Positions 29,080 to 38,097 of a stretch of DNA of 52,972 nt are shown here, piece after piece; the first letter of the stretch is position 1, and each line of letters starts with the position of its first letter. Below the pieces are notes generated by a model. The model saw only the letters and a program-made list of their open reading frames with translations, ran no database searches and was not told where the DNA came from. Position numbers and translations under genes: made by a program. This DNA is from Candidatus Krumholzibacteriota bacterium (GTDB lineage: Bacteria > Krumholzibacteriota > Krumholzibacteriia > JAJRXK01), in NCBI GenBank assembly GCA_963727455.1, contig CAVSGG010000018.1:1-52972 (forward strand), read 5' to 3'.

Positions 29080-32000
29080 ATGCCGCGTCATATCCGTTTG
29101 CTCCTCTGCCTCGCCGTGGTTCTGACCCTGCACGCTCGAGCCGCTTGGTCCAGTGTTGCTCCTAGCGGATGGCAATTGCTGGAGAGTACTCCCGAGCGTC
29201 TTCGTCTGCGCATCGAGGTGCCGCCCGCTAGCGTAGAGACGGTAATGGTGGGGGGGAGAAGCTACTCCGCGCTGAGCGTCCCCGGGTATTTGCCCCTGGG
29301 CGAACCGGGGCTTCCCCTCTTGCCCCAACGCGGGGCGTGGATCGGGCTCCCTCCCAGTGGAGAGGCACGGGTCGTAGTGGAGCAAGTGACCACTCGCCCC
29401 CTGCAAGTTGCTCGTCTTTTGCCCTATCCCACCCCCGTCGCTCCCACTCCGGGGGAACGGCTCCAACTGGAGAGTGTGGCTGAAAAGACCGTGGAGGGCC
29501 CCGGCTATCTCAGCTTCTCCAGTGGAAGCGACGAACTCGCGACCCTGGGCAGTGCGGTCTGGTCGCACGGGCAGCGCATGGCACCGCTCCGGCTTCGACC
29601 CTTCCTGGTGGACTCACCGAGCGGGCCGGTTCAACAAATCAGCTCGGTGGAGATCGTGGTCGAATTCCCTTCGGCGAGCGTGAGCGCTCCCGCAGCGGGT
29701 AGTTTGGACGCGGAGACTCTCGCCCGTGTTCTGAACCCGAAGATCGCGGGGCGCTGGCATGCGGAGAGCCCGCAGACGCGACTTCGACGCTCTGCGGTTC
29801 TTGAGGCTTCTCAGCTTCAGAAGTCCGCTACGGCGGCTCGCGCGGCCGATGAGATCATTCCCATGGACGAGTTGACTCTCTTGAGTGACGAGTATCGAAT
29901 TCCCGTCGCCACGAGCGGGTTGGTTCGCCTTCACCTGGTGGACCTCTTCGGTACCCTCGGATTTCCCGGAGGGATCCGCCATGAACAACTCAGGTTGTAC
30001 CAGAAGCGGCCCTCGCCTCCGGGAAGCAGCAGCTACCCCAATCCCCTGAGCGTCGACGTTCCTTTCCACTTCTTCGGCAACCCGGATCCCCAGAGCGAAA
30101 TCACCAGCAGCGACATCATCATCTTCGAGGCGACCTCTCTCGCGCGCGACAATGTCGTGCGGACAGTGGGAGCGGGGAGCTTCCCGGCGGCCATGAGTGA
30201 GAGAGCGGACAACTACAACGCGAAGAACGTGTACTGGTTGGCCGCAATCGAGCCCAGCCTCGGAGCTTGGGCCAGGATGGACTCAGAGAGCTTTGGCGCT
30301 GCCAGCGGCACGCTGCACCAGTACTACGATTACGAGGAGAGCTTCAGTCAGGACGTCTATTACCAGCCGCATCCGGCGAAGGTGGAGGACACTTGCTACC
30401 TCTGGAATTCCCCGTTCGCCACAGATACGAGGCTTCCTCTCAGGCTCAGACCGCTCGACCCGAGTTCTCCCATCGTGGTGCGATGGGTATTTGCCAGCAG
30501 TTTACATTCTCCGGTGACCGCCCCGGTGGGCCAAGAGCTGGCGACCAGTTTCTATCTGGAAAACGAGGACGCCAGCGATCGCACCCTACTGAAAACCCTG
30601 AACATCGGCGATGCCACCGGCGCCGGCAATCCAGGAACCTACAGTACTCCCACGGCGGTCAGCGATACGGTTGCCGCGGGAATTTTCGCGGCGGGTCCCA
30701 TCCGCTTTCGCTTCCACAACGTGAGCGAGAGTAGCTATTTGTCTCACTACGCTATGCTCGACAGCGTGAGCCTCCGCTATCGCGCAGCTTACGCGGCGGA
30801 CTTCAATCGAGCGGTTTTCAACACGGGGGTGGTTTCCCAAGAGGCCAGTCTCTCCATTCCGGGTTTCGATTCGCCGGAGATCTTCCTGCTGGAGACGAGC
30901 GATCCCCGGGCTCCGCGTTGGGTCGATCTCGCCCCGGAGAATCTGGTGGACGATGGTGGTTCGACTTCGCTCAGCTTGCAAATTCCGCCGCAGGGACAAT
31001 CTCCGCGCTCCTTCGTGGCCTTGGCTTCGGTAGAGATTCCCCGGATCAATCAGACGGAAATCTCGCGCACTTCCACGACGGTTCTCACCGCGAGCATGGA
31101 TCCCTCACAGGTGTTGGTGATCGGACCCCGGCAGTTCGAGAGCGCCATGCAGCCCTGGCTCCAGTGGCGTCGCGACCACGATCGTGACGGTTGGAACTAC
31201 GCCTACGTGGACGTGCAGGAAATCTTCGACCAGTTTTCCGGAGGACTGCGCGCACCCTCCGGCATCAAGGAGTTTCTGCACTACGCCTATAGCATGTGGG
31301 ACGCGAAGGCGGTGATGCTGGTCGGAGATGCCAACGAAGACCATCGTCGCATCGTGCGCGAGAACAACCAGATTGCCGGACCAGAGGATTTCGTTCCCTG
31401 TCCGGTCCATCTCCAGTACTACGGAGATTTCGAAGTCATAGCTTCGGACAAGTGGTATGTGCTCTTCGACATCAACGACACTCGCTATCCCAGCTTGCTC
31501 AACAAGGGACCCGACATGCTATTCGGTCGTTTGCCGGTGCATGACGCGGCCGAAGCCGCCTCCGTGGTGGCCAAGATCATCGCCTACGAGCAACCCACGG
31601 CAGCACAGACCTGGCGCAAGCGCGCAATCATGGTGAGCGATGACGCCTACAGCACGGGGTTGTTCTTGGGAACGGGTCAGGAACAGGTCTACGAGAAGCA
31701 CAGCAGCGAGCTGCGTTTTCAGTCCGTGCAGGCGCAGCTGGCAGATCAGGAGTCGAATTTCCTGGACGGCGCCATCGACGGTACGACTTGGGCCTTGGAT
31801 GATTTTACTTCGCAAATTCGGGGAACGGACACCTCTTACCCCATCAGTTTCCTCAACTATGTGATCGACGAAGTGGCATCCACCGTCCGTCCCCAGTTCC
31901 TGGCCACGCTGGGACAGGGTGCCTTTTTCGTGAGTTATCAAGGTCACGCAGCCTTCAACGTTTTTGCTCACGAAAGGCTCTTCGAATACCGGCCGGGGTC

Positions 32001-33378
32001 CCCTTCACCGGTGGGAACCATCGGAAACGACGGCAAGCCATTCCTGTTCTTCGGTATGGGCTGTCACATCTCGGATTTCATTCGTCCCTACGATCTCGCC
32101 TCGAACGAATCGCGTAGTTTTGGGGAAGCGCTGCTGCTGCATCCCACCGCCGGCGCAATCGGGGTCTACGCGAGTAGCGCCTTCGAATTCCTCTCACCCA
32201 ACGTTAGCTTTGGAATCGTGATAGGGAATGCGTTCTTCGGCGATACGAGCGACGGACAGGTTCTGGGAGCCAACGATGCTAAGTGGATCGTCGGCGATGT
32301 ACTGGCGCAATCGGAATGGGACCTCCTCTCGGCAGCGTCGGCGCAGATCCCTCAAATGATTGCTCAGTATGAATTGCTGGGTGATCCTCTCCTGCGTTTG
32401 GATGCGGCGCCACCGCGCGTGAGCGTCAAGAGCGATGGCGTAGATGTTGCGGATGGCGCCTCGGTACTCCCCGCTGGGGGATCGCGCACTCTCTCGTTGA
32501 GTGTGGGCGCCATCGATGAATCGGGCGTGGACCGCATCGAGTTGCGTGGGATCTCCGACGGGCAGACCACCGAGCTGAGCGAGCTCCTGGTGGCCCAGAG
32601 CGGGGCGGGAATTGACGCCCGTAACGCATTGTCAATAGCTAACTTGCCAGTACAAGCTCGGGGACGCGATGGCGGCGTCAGCTACCAGCTGCAGGTCTAC
32701 GATCGGGCCTATCCGCAGCGCCGTCCCGCAACCTTCAACTTCAAGGTTCCGTTCGAGCTCGCGGTGGACGTGGATGGCGAAGCTCTACCGTCCGAAGGAC
32801 ACGAAGTACCAGCTGGCACCACCAGCGCATTCGCGCTCGACTTCACGAGTCCCATCACCTTGAGTGACACGGAGATCGAAGTGGAGCTCACGGGTCTCAC
32901 GCTACAGGGCACCCTCGACAAACAGATGCAGGACGGCGAAGGTCGTCACTGGATCGTGAGTTTTCAGGCGAGCGGTTCGGCGGGGAGCCAGCAGCAGAGC
33001 ATCCTCTTGAAGCTCGCAGGAAGCGAGACCGAAATTTCCTTGGCCGGATCCATTGCTCCAGTCGCTCTCGCGATCAAGGATCACTTTCCCATTCCCAATC
33101 CCGTCGATCCGGCGCAGGGTGGTGCTAAGATCGTGGTGGATCTCACGGTTCCCGCAGCCTGGGCGCGAGTGACGATCTACGACCTCAGCGGGAGACCGGT
33201 GAAGAGCTGGACGGACGATGCTCTGGGATCCGAGACGACCATCGTCCTGCACTGGGATGGACGGGATCGTAGGGGTGACGAGCTGGCCAACGGCACGTAT
33301 CTCTATCGAGTCGAAGTGGCGGGACAGGATGGTCAAGTGCACGGCGGCGACACGGGTCGGATCGTCATCATGCACTGA
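29080..33378 (+). CDS. C25 (gingipain-family) cysteine peptidase, PorU-sortase-like, with C-terminal FlgD-Ig/T9SS-CTD-like domain
   Basis: Signal peptide; propeptide-like GEPGLPLLP; EIFDQFSGG, MLVGDA, SDKWY, GRLPV, catalytic-type YQGHA and MGCH, YELLGDP. C-terminus PIPNP...IYDLSGRPVK...WDGRDRRGDELANGTYLYRV. Confidence 0.88.
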   Translation: MPRHIRLLLCLAVVLTLHARAAWSSVAPSGWQLLESTPERLRLRIEVPPASVETVMVGGRSYSALSVPGYLPLGEPGLPLLPQRGAWIGLPPSGEARVVVEQVTTRPLQVARLLPYPTPVAPTPGERLQLESVAEKTVEGPGYLSFSSGSDELATLGSAVWSHGQRMAPLRLRPFLVDSPSGPVQQISSVEIVVEFPSASVSAPAAGSLDAETLARVLNPKIAGRWHAESPQTRLRRSAVLEASQLQKSATAARAADEIIPMDELTLLSDEYRIPVATSGLVRLHLVDLFGTLGFPGGIRHEQLRLYQKRPSPPGSSSYPNPLSVDVPFHFFGNPDPQSEITSSDIIIFEATSLARDNVVRTVGAGSFPAAMSERADNYNAKNVYWLAAIEPSLGAWARMDSESFGAASGTLHQYYDYEESFSQDVYYQPHPAKVEDTCYLWNSPFATDTRLPLRLRPLDPSSPIVVRWVFASSLHSPVTAPVGQELATSFYLENEDASDRTLLKTLNIGDATGAGNPGTYSTPTAVSDTVAAGIFAAGPIRFRFHNVSESSYLSHYAMLDSVSLRYRAAYAADFNRAVFNTGVVSQEASLSIPGFDSPEIFLLETSDPRAPRWVDLAPENLVDDGGSTSLSLQIPPQGQSPRSFVALASVEIPRINQTEISRTSTTVLTASMDPSQVLVIGPRQFESAMQPWLQWRRDHDRDGWNYAYVDVQEIFDQFSGGLRAPSGIKEFLHYAYSMWDAKAVMLVGDANEDHRRIVRENNQIAGPEDFVPCPVHLQYYGDFEVIASDKWYVLFDINDTRYPSLLNKGPDMLFGRLPVHDAAEAASVVAKIIAYEQPTAAQTWRKRAIMVSDDAYSTGLFLGTGQEQVYEKHSSELRFQSVQAQLADQESNFLDGAIDGTTWALDDFTSQIRGTDTSYPISFLNYVIDEVASTVRPQFLATLGQGAFFVSYQGHAAFNVFAHERLFEYRPGSPSPVGTIGNDGKPFLFFGMGCHISDFIRPYDLASNESRSFGEALLLHPTAGAIGVYASSAFEFLSPNVSFGIVIGNAFFGDTSDGQVLGANDAKWIVGDVLAQSEWDLLSAASAQIPQMIAQYELLGDPLLRLDAAPPRVSVKSDGVDVADGASVLPAGGSRTLSLSVGAIDESGVDRIELRGISDGQTTELSELLVAQSGAGIDARNALSIANLPVQARGRDGGVSYQLQVYDRAYPQRRPATFNFKVPFELAVDVDGEALPSEGHEVPAGTTSAFALDFTSPITLSDTEIEVELTGLTLQGTLDKQMQDGEGRHWIVSFQASGSAGSQQQSILLKLAGSETEISLAGSIAPVALAIKDHFPIPNPVDPAQGGAKIVVDLTVPAAWARVTIYDLSGRPVKSWTDDALGSETTIVLHWDGRDRRGDELANGTYLYRVEVAGQDGQVHGGDTGRIVIMH

Positions 33379-33429
33379 GCCCCCCGGAACGCTCCGAAAG
33401 GGCACGTAGAGCCCCTTTTCCCGCACTCT

Positions 33430-34383
33430 TTGGAGGTGAGTCCGCTGAAGACTCCGCCCGATGATGCTGAGCTGTTTTCGGTCCTGCGCTCTCTGACCAC
33501 GGAGGCGCGGAATCCCCGCACACAATCGATCGATCTCGCCGACACCAAGGAGGTGCTTTCCCTCATCCATCAGGAAGATAGGGGAGTGGCGGATCGGGTG
33601 GGCGCGGCCATTGGCGAGCTGGCGAAGATCGTGGAACGAGTCAGCGCGGCTTTCCTGGCGGGCGGTAGCCTTTACTACGCGGGGGCCGGCACCTCCGGGC
33701 GGCTGGGCGTTCTCGACGCAGCCGAATGTCCCCCGACCTTCGGTACGCCACCCGAGCAGGTTGTGGGGCTCATTGCCGGTGGTCACGAGACTCTGGTGCG
33801 CAGTCGCGAAGGGGTCGAGGATCGAGAGTCCGAGGGCGCCGCAGCGGTGGACGAGCATCGGCTGGGAGCGAAAGACGTTCTGGTGGGAATCTCGGCCAGT
33901 CGCCGGACTCCTTTCGTGCATGGAGCCTTGAAACGCGCCAGAAAGAGAGGGGCCTGGACCGCGTTTTTGGTGTGCAACGCGGCGGCAGGCCAGACGGAGG
34001 ATGTGGCCGATTTGGTGGTGGAGATCGTCGTTGGTCCCGAGGCCATCACGGGCAGTACGCGTATGAAATCGGCGCTTGCCCAGAAGATGGCGCTCACCAT
34101 GATCTCTACGGCTGCCATGGTGAGGATCGGCAAGGTCTACGAGAATCTCATGGTCGACTTGAGACCAACTAGCAAGAAGTTGATGGAACGCGCCAAGGGG
34201 ATCGTCATGCATCTGGGCGGAGTCGACTACGGAGAAGCATCGCGCTTGCTTCTGCGCAGTGATTGGAGCGTCAAACCCGCGGTCATCATGGCGGCACGTG
34301 GTCTGAGCCTCGAGGAAGCCAATGCTCGCTTGGAGAGAGCAGAGGGCTTTCTGCGCCGCGCGCTTCAGGAGGAAGCGAAGTGA
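33430..34383 (+). CDS. murQ: N-acetylmuramic acid 6-phosphate etherase
   Basis: TEARNP, GAGTSGRLGVLDAAECPPTF, GPEAITGSTRMKS, GKVYENLMVD. Confidence 0.97.
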   Translation: MEVSPLKTPPDDAELFSVLRSLTTEARNPRTQSIDLADTKEVLSLIHQEDRGVADRVGAAIGELAKIVERVSAAFLAGGSLYYAGAGTSGRLGVLDAAECPPTFGTPPEQVVGLIAGGHETLVRSREGVEDRESEGAAAVDEHRLGAKDVLVGISASRRTPFVHGALKRARKRGAWTAFLVCNAAAGQTEDVADLVVEIVVGPEAITGSTRMKSALAQKMALTMISTAAMVRIGKVYENLMVDLRPTSKKLMERAKGIVMHLGGVDYGEASRLLLRSDWSVKPAVIMAARGLSLEEANARLERAEGFLRRALQEEAK

Positions 34384-35441
34384 GAACTCTACTGTCGCTC
34401 TCTCTTCTCCTGCTACTTTCGGCTTGCCAGGCCAAGAGCGAGCAAGAGGAGGCCTCCCCGCGCACCCTTCCCGTCGAGCACCGGGAACTGACCCTCTCGG
34501 TTCTCAGTGATTCGGCTATGGTGGCTCGGGCAGGTGGGGAGTGGGCAAGCCAGGAAGGAGTGGATCTGAAGCTGTTTCCTCGCGGCGTGGAACAGGCTCC
34601 TCCACCGGAGGTCGCTCTGGTCGAAGCCGAAGACGGTAGTGATTCGCCGTGGCTCTTGGCTCCCAGCGGACTGTTGGTGAGACTCGATCTGCTGGAGTCG
34701 GCCGGTCTCTCGACCAATCCGCCCGACTCATGGCAAGCTCTCGCGGTTCTGGTGAAGGCGCTGGACCGGCAGGGGAAAGCGCTGGGGATCCCCAAAGCCA
34801 GTGAAGGTCTGCACCGGCTCTTCCTTCCGCTGTACTGGGCCGCGCGCGATGCCCAGGAGAGCCGAGTGCCCCGTCTGGATGCACCCGCGGCCGAGGGAGC
34901 CCTGGCCTTTCTGGTGACTCTTTCCCAACGCGCGCTTCGCGCGACTCCTGGCGAGTTGGAGCAGTCGTTCTTGGAAGGAAAGCTGGGGCTCTTGGCCTGC
35001 GATCTCGCCGCCGCGCGGCGACTCCAGGCTCAGGCGCCTCGTTTTCGTCTTCAGTTGTGGCCCTGGCCGGCCGAGGAGGGGGGCCGACCGGGCGTTGCCC
35101 TGGCCCGGACCCGCTCGTGGGAGGTCCCCCCGGATTCCCCTCAACCGGAGCTTGCGAGTTCTCTGAAGGCCGCATTCGCTTCGGTGCAAGCGGCCAAATC
35201 GATCGAGGAATCCCAGGGCGGCTGGATCCCCGCGGTGGAGAGCGAAGGGGTGAAACCACCGGTTCTCCTCGCGCGCTTGCCCGGGACCTTGCATCCCTGG
35301 CCTGAGGGCGAGAACGCGCTTCTTCTCTCGAACTTGCTCGACCGCGCCTGCGACGCGGCTCTCGACCGGCGCCGCAGCCCGCGCGCGGCCCTGGCCGAGG
35401 CCAAGGCGGCATTTGATTCGAAGGCTGACTTGTCGCCGTGA
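34380..35441 (+). CDS. Lipoprotein, divergent extracellular solute-binding protein
   Basis: Lipobox LSAC, RLDLLESAGLSTNPPDSWQAL, FLEGKLGL. GTG overlaps the murQ stop. Confidence 0.65.
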   Translation: MRTLLSLSLLLLLSACQAKSEQEEASPRTLPVEHRELTLSVLSDSAMVARAGGEWASQEGVDLKLFPRGVEQAPPPEVALVEAEDGSDSPWLLAPSGLLVRLDLLESAGLSTNPPDSWQALAVLVKALDRQGKALGIPKASEGLHRLFLPLYWAARDAQESRVPRLDAPAAEGALAFLVTLSQRALRATPGELEQSFLEGKLGLLACDLAAARRLQAQAPRFRLQLWPWPAEEGGRPGVALARTRSWEVPPDSPQPELASSLKAAFASVQAAKSIEESQGGWIPAVESEGVKPPVLLARLPGTLHPWPEGENALLLSNLLDRACDAALDRRRSPRAALAEAKAAFDSKADLSP

Positions 35442-35464
35442 GCGACTGCGTCTAGCATCTCGAC

Positions 35465-36667
35465 ATGCTTGCCGATCTTCTGCGGGAACGCTTCGCGGCG
35501 CGGCCTCTCTTCGCCGCGGGACTCATGTCCGGCACCAGTCTGGACGGTGTCGATGTCGTGCTCATGCGTCTGGAACCGCCCGAAGACCCGCGCCAGTGGC
35601 AAATCGTGGCTTCCTGGAGCGGACCCTTCCAAGAGGTGGGGGCGGAGCGTCTGCGCGCCATCGCGCAGGGAGGAAGCACCGACGCCGGCGAGCTGAGCCG
35701 CGTGCGTATGGCAGTCGCGCGCGACTACGAGCGAGCGGTGCGCGAGGTCTGCCGCGAGGCGGTATTGCGACCCGAGGAACTCCTCTACGTCGCGGCGCAT
35801 GGGGTCACCTTGTGGCACGCCCCCGCAAAGGGCGGCGGACACACCTGGCAGATTCATGCGGGACCCGCTCTGGCCACCTGGCTTTCGACCATCGTCATCG
35901 ACGATTTTCGCACCGCCGACGTGGCGGCCGGGGGACACGGCGCGCCCCTGGCTCCGATCGCCGATCTCCGTCTACGAGTGCATCCGGAGGAGGACCGTGT
36001 CATTCTGAACTTCGGCGGCGTCGCCAATCTCACCGCGCTTCCCGCGGGCGCCAAGGATAGCAGCGAGATCTGTTGTGGCGACGTCGGTCCGGCCAATTTG
36101 CTCCTGGATGGACTCAAGCGGCGCCAGACCGAAGGGCGAGAACACTTCGACCGCGACGGCAAGCTGGGACTCTCGGGTGTCCCCGATCGACAGCTCGTGC
36201 ACGAGATGCTGGAAGAGGGTTGGGCTCGGCTTCCGCTTCCCCGTTCCTTCGGACGCGAGCAGTTCGGCGCCACCTATCTCGAGGGCTATCTCCATCGGGC
36301 AGCCAAGCTGAGTCCGGCCGACCAAATGGCCACCCTCGTGGCGATGGAAGCGGGCAGTGTGCGGATCTTCCTGGAAGAACTCTGCGGGAAGTGGCGAAGT
36401 CGCGAGCAACATGCGCTGGGGATCTACCTCTGCGGCGGTGGAAGGCACAATCACGCGCTGGTGGACGCGCTGGAACTGGAAATGCCCTACGCGAAGATCA
36501 ATGGCATCGAAGCCCTCGGCACTCCAGCTGATTTCAAGGAGGCCGTCGATTGGACCCTCTTGGGTTGGTTGACCCTCAATGCGCAAGGGGCGGGCCAACC
36601 GCATTTGACCGGCGCGGATCGCGAGCTCGTTCTGGGATCCATTCACGCCCCCACCTTGTTGCGATGA
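35465..36667 (+). CDS. anmK: Anhydro-N-acetylmuramic acid kinase
   Basis: GLMSGTSLDGVD, DFRTADVAAGGHGAPL, NFGGVAN, DVGPAN, CGGGRHN, KEA. Confidence 0.95.
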   Translation: MLADLLRERFAARPLFAAGLMSGTSLDGVDVVLMRLEPPEDPRQWQIVASWSGPFQEVGAERLRAIAQGGSTDAGELSRVRMAVARDYERAVREVCREAVLRPEELLYVAAHGVTLWHAPAKGGGHTWQIHAGPALATWLSTIVIDDFRTADVAAGGHGAPLAPIADLRLRVHPEEDRVILNFGGVANLTALPAGAKDSSEICCGDVGPANLLLDGLKRRQTEGREHFDRDGKLGLSGVPDRQLVHEMLEEGWARLPLPRSFGREQFGATYLEGYLHRAAKLSPADQMATLVAMEAGSVRIFLEELCGKWRSREQHALGIYLCGGGRHNHALVDALELEMPYAKINGIEALGTPADFKEAVDWTLLGWLTLNAQGAGQPHLTGADRELVLGSIHAPTLLR

Positions 36668-38097
36668 AGCGCGCACTCTGCAGCCTGTCGCGGATGCTGC
36701 GCGAATCGCAACTTGCGCTGGTGAGCGTGGTCGTACTGTGCTCCTTCGCTCCCTCCTGTTCTCACCCGCCGGCTCCGCGCGTGGACGGCAAGGAGATCGA
36801 GCAGGATCAGGGGACGCTTCCGCCATGGGACGACGAAGGGATCCCCCTTCCATCGGACGAAGAAGAAGCAAGGGAGAAGGCACCACTGTTCGTGCCGGGA
36901 GGTGACGCGGTACGGATTGGTCTCTCCGCGGGTGAGCAGCGGATCGAACTGCGAGTGGAGCGCCCCATCCAGATTCTGGATCTTGGGGGCAAGAGCTATG
37001 GTCGCGATCTCGGGCCGGGACGCGTTCGCATCAGCTCCGCTCACCGAGGTCTGGTGCTGGACGGACCCGGCTTCGATGCCTTGGGAGTTCCCGGTCGGGG
37101 AGTACTCCTGCGGGGCAGGAAGGGGGAGGCCAGTTTCTCGAGCGGAGGAAACGTCTATGCCGGTGATGCGCTCATTGAGCGTCAGGCGGACGGCCGCCTT
37201 GCTTTGGTGAACGTCGTCGACCTGGAGAGCTACTTGCGCGGAGTCATTCCCTGGGAGATCGGGCGACCGGGGAGGGAGTCGATGGAAGCGGTGAAGGCCC
37301 AGGCAATCGCGGCCCGCACCTACACCGTGGCGCATTTGGGGAGGCGCGAGGAGCTGGGTTTCGATCTGTGGGACAACGTCGCCGATCAAGTCTATCGGGG
37401 GATGACCGGCGTCAGCGAGGTGACCGACCGCGCGGTAACGGAGACCCGTTCGGAGGTGCTGCGCTATAAGGGAGAAATCGTGCAGGCGTACTACTGCAGT
37501 ACCTGCGGCGGCCACACCAGTGCCATCCAAGACGTATGGCCGCGAGAAGCCGTGCCCTACCTGCAAGGAGTGCGCGACGCTCCTGAGGGCGAGGGCTCCT
37601 GGTGCCGCGAGAGTCCGCACTTTCGTTGGACGGTGGCCTGGAGCGCCCTGGAATTGGGGGAAATCGTTCGCGCGCATCTTCCGGCAGAGGTCGATCCGCG
37701 TTTGAGCGCGCGCCAGGTCGGCGTGCTCGAGGGACTCGAGGTTCTCGAACGCGATCGCAGCGGCCGCGTTCGCCGTCTGCGCGTGAAAACGAGCACCGGA
37801 AGTTGGGAAGTCGTGGGGGATCGAATCCGATGGGTGCTCCGGCCGGCCCACGGACGATTCGACATCCTGCGCAGCACGCTCTTCAGTTTGCAGGAATATC
37901 GCGACGCGGAGGGCGCTCTGATCGGCGTGCGAGTTCAGGGCGGCGGCAACGGCCACGGAATCGGTATGTGCCAGAGCGGGGCTCTTGCCATGGCTCGCGC
38001 CGGAAGAAGCAGCGAGAAGATTCTGCAACACTATTACCCGGGTACCCAGGTCGAGTCGTTGCATGGCGGACGCAAGGAATGGGCGCGGGCACGATGA
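36664..38097 (+). CDS. SpoIID/LytB family lytic transglycosylase (probable lipoprotein)
   Basis: LESYLRGVIPWE, KAQAIAARTY, QVYRG, GGNGHGIGMCQSGA, ILQHYYPG. Confidence 0.92.
   Translation: MKRALCSLSRMLRESQLALVSVVVLCSFAPSCSHPPAPRVDGKEIEQDQGTLPPWDDEGIPLPSDEEEAREKAPLFVPGGDAVRIGLSAGEQRIELRVERPIQILDLGGKSYGRDLGPGRVRISSAHRGLVLDGPGFDALGVPGRGVLLRGRKGEASFSSGGNVYAGDALIERQADGRLALVNVVDLESYLRGVIPWEIGRPGRESMEAVKAQAIAARTYTVAHLGRREELGFDLWDNVADQVYRGMTGVSEVTDRAVTETRSEVLRYKGEIVQAYYCSTCGGHTSAIQDVWPREAVPYLQGVRDAPEGEGSWCRESPHFRWTVAWSALELGEIVRAHLPAEVDPRLSARQVGVLEGLEVLERDRSGRVRRLRVKTSTGSWEVVGDRIRWVLRPAHGRFDILRSTLFSLQEYRDAEGALIGVRVQGGGNGHGIGMCQSGALAMARAGRSSEKILQHYYPGTQVESLHGGRKEWARAR

Noticed and set aside
25170-33400. 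Integrative island at tRNA-Val
   Set aside because: No integrase or transposase and no duplicated tRNA 3' end found; only a compositional shift.
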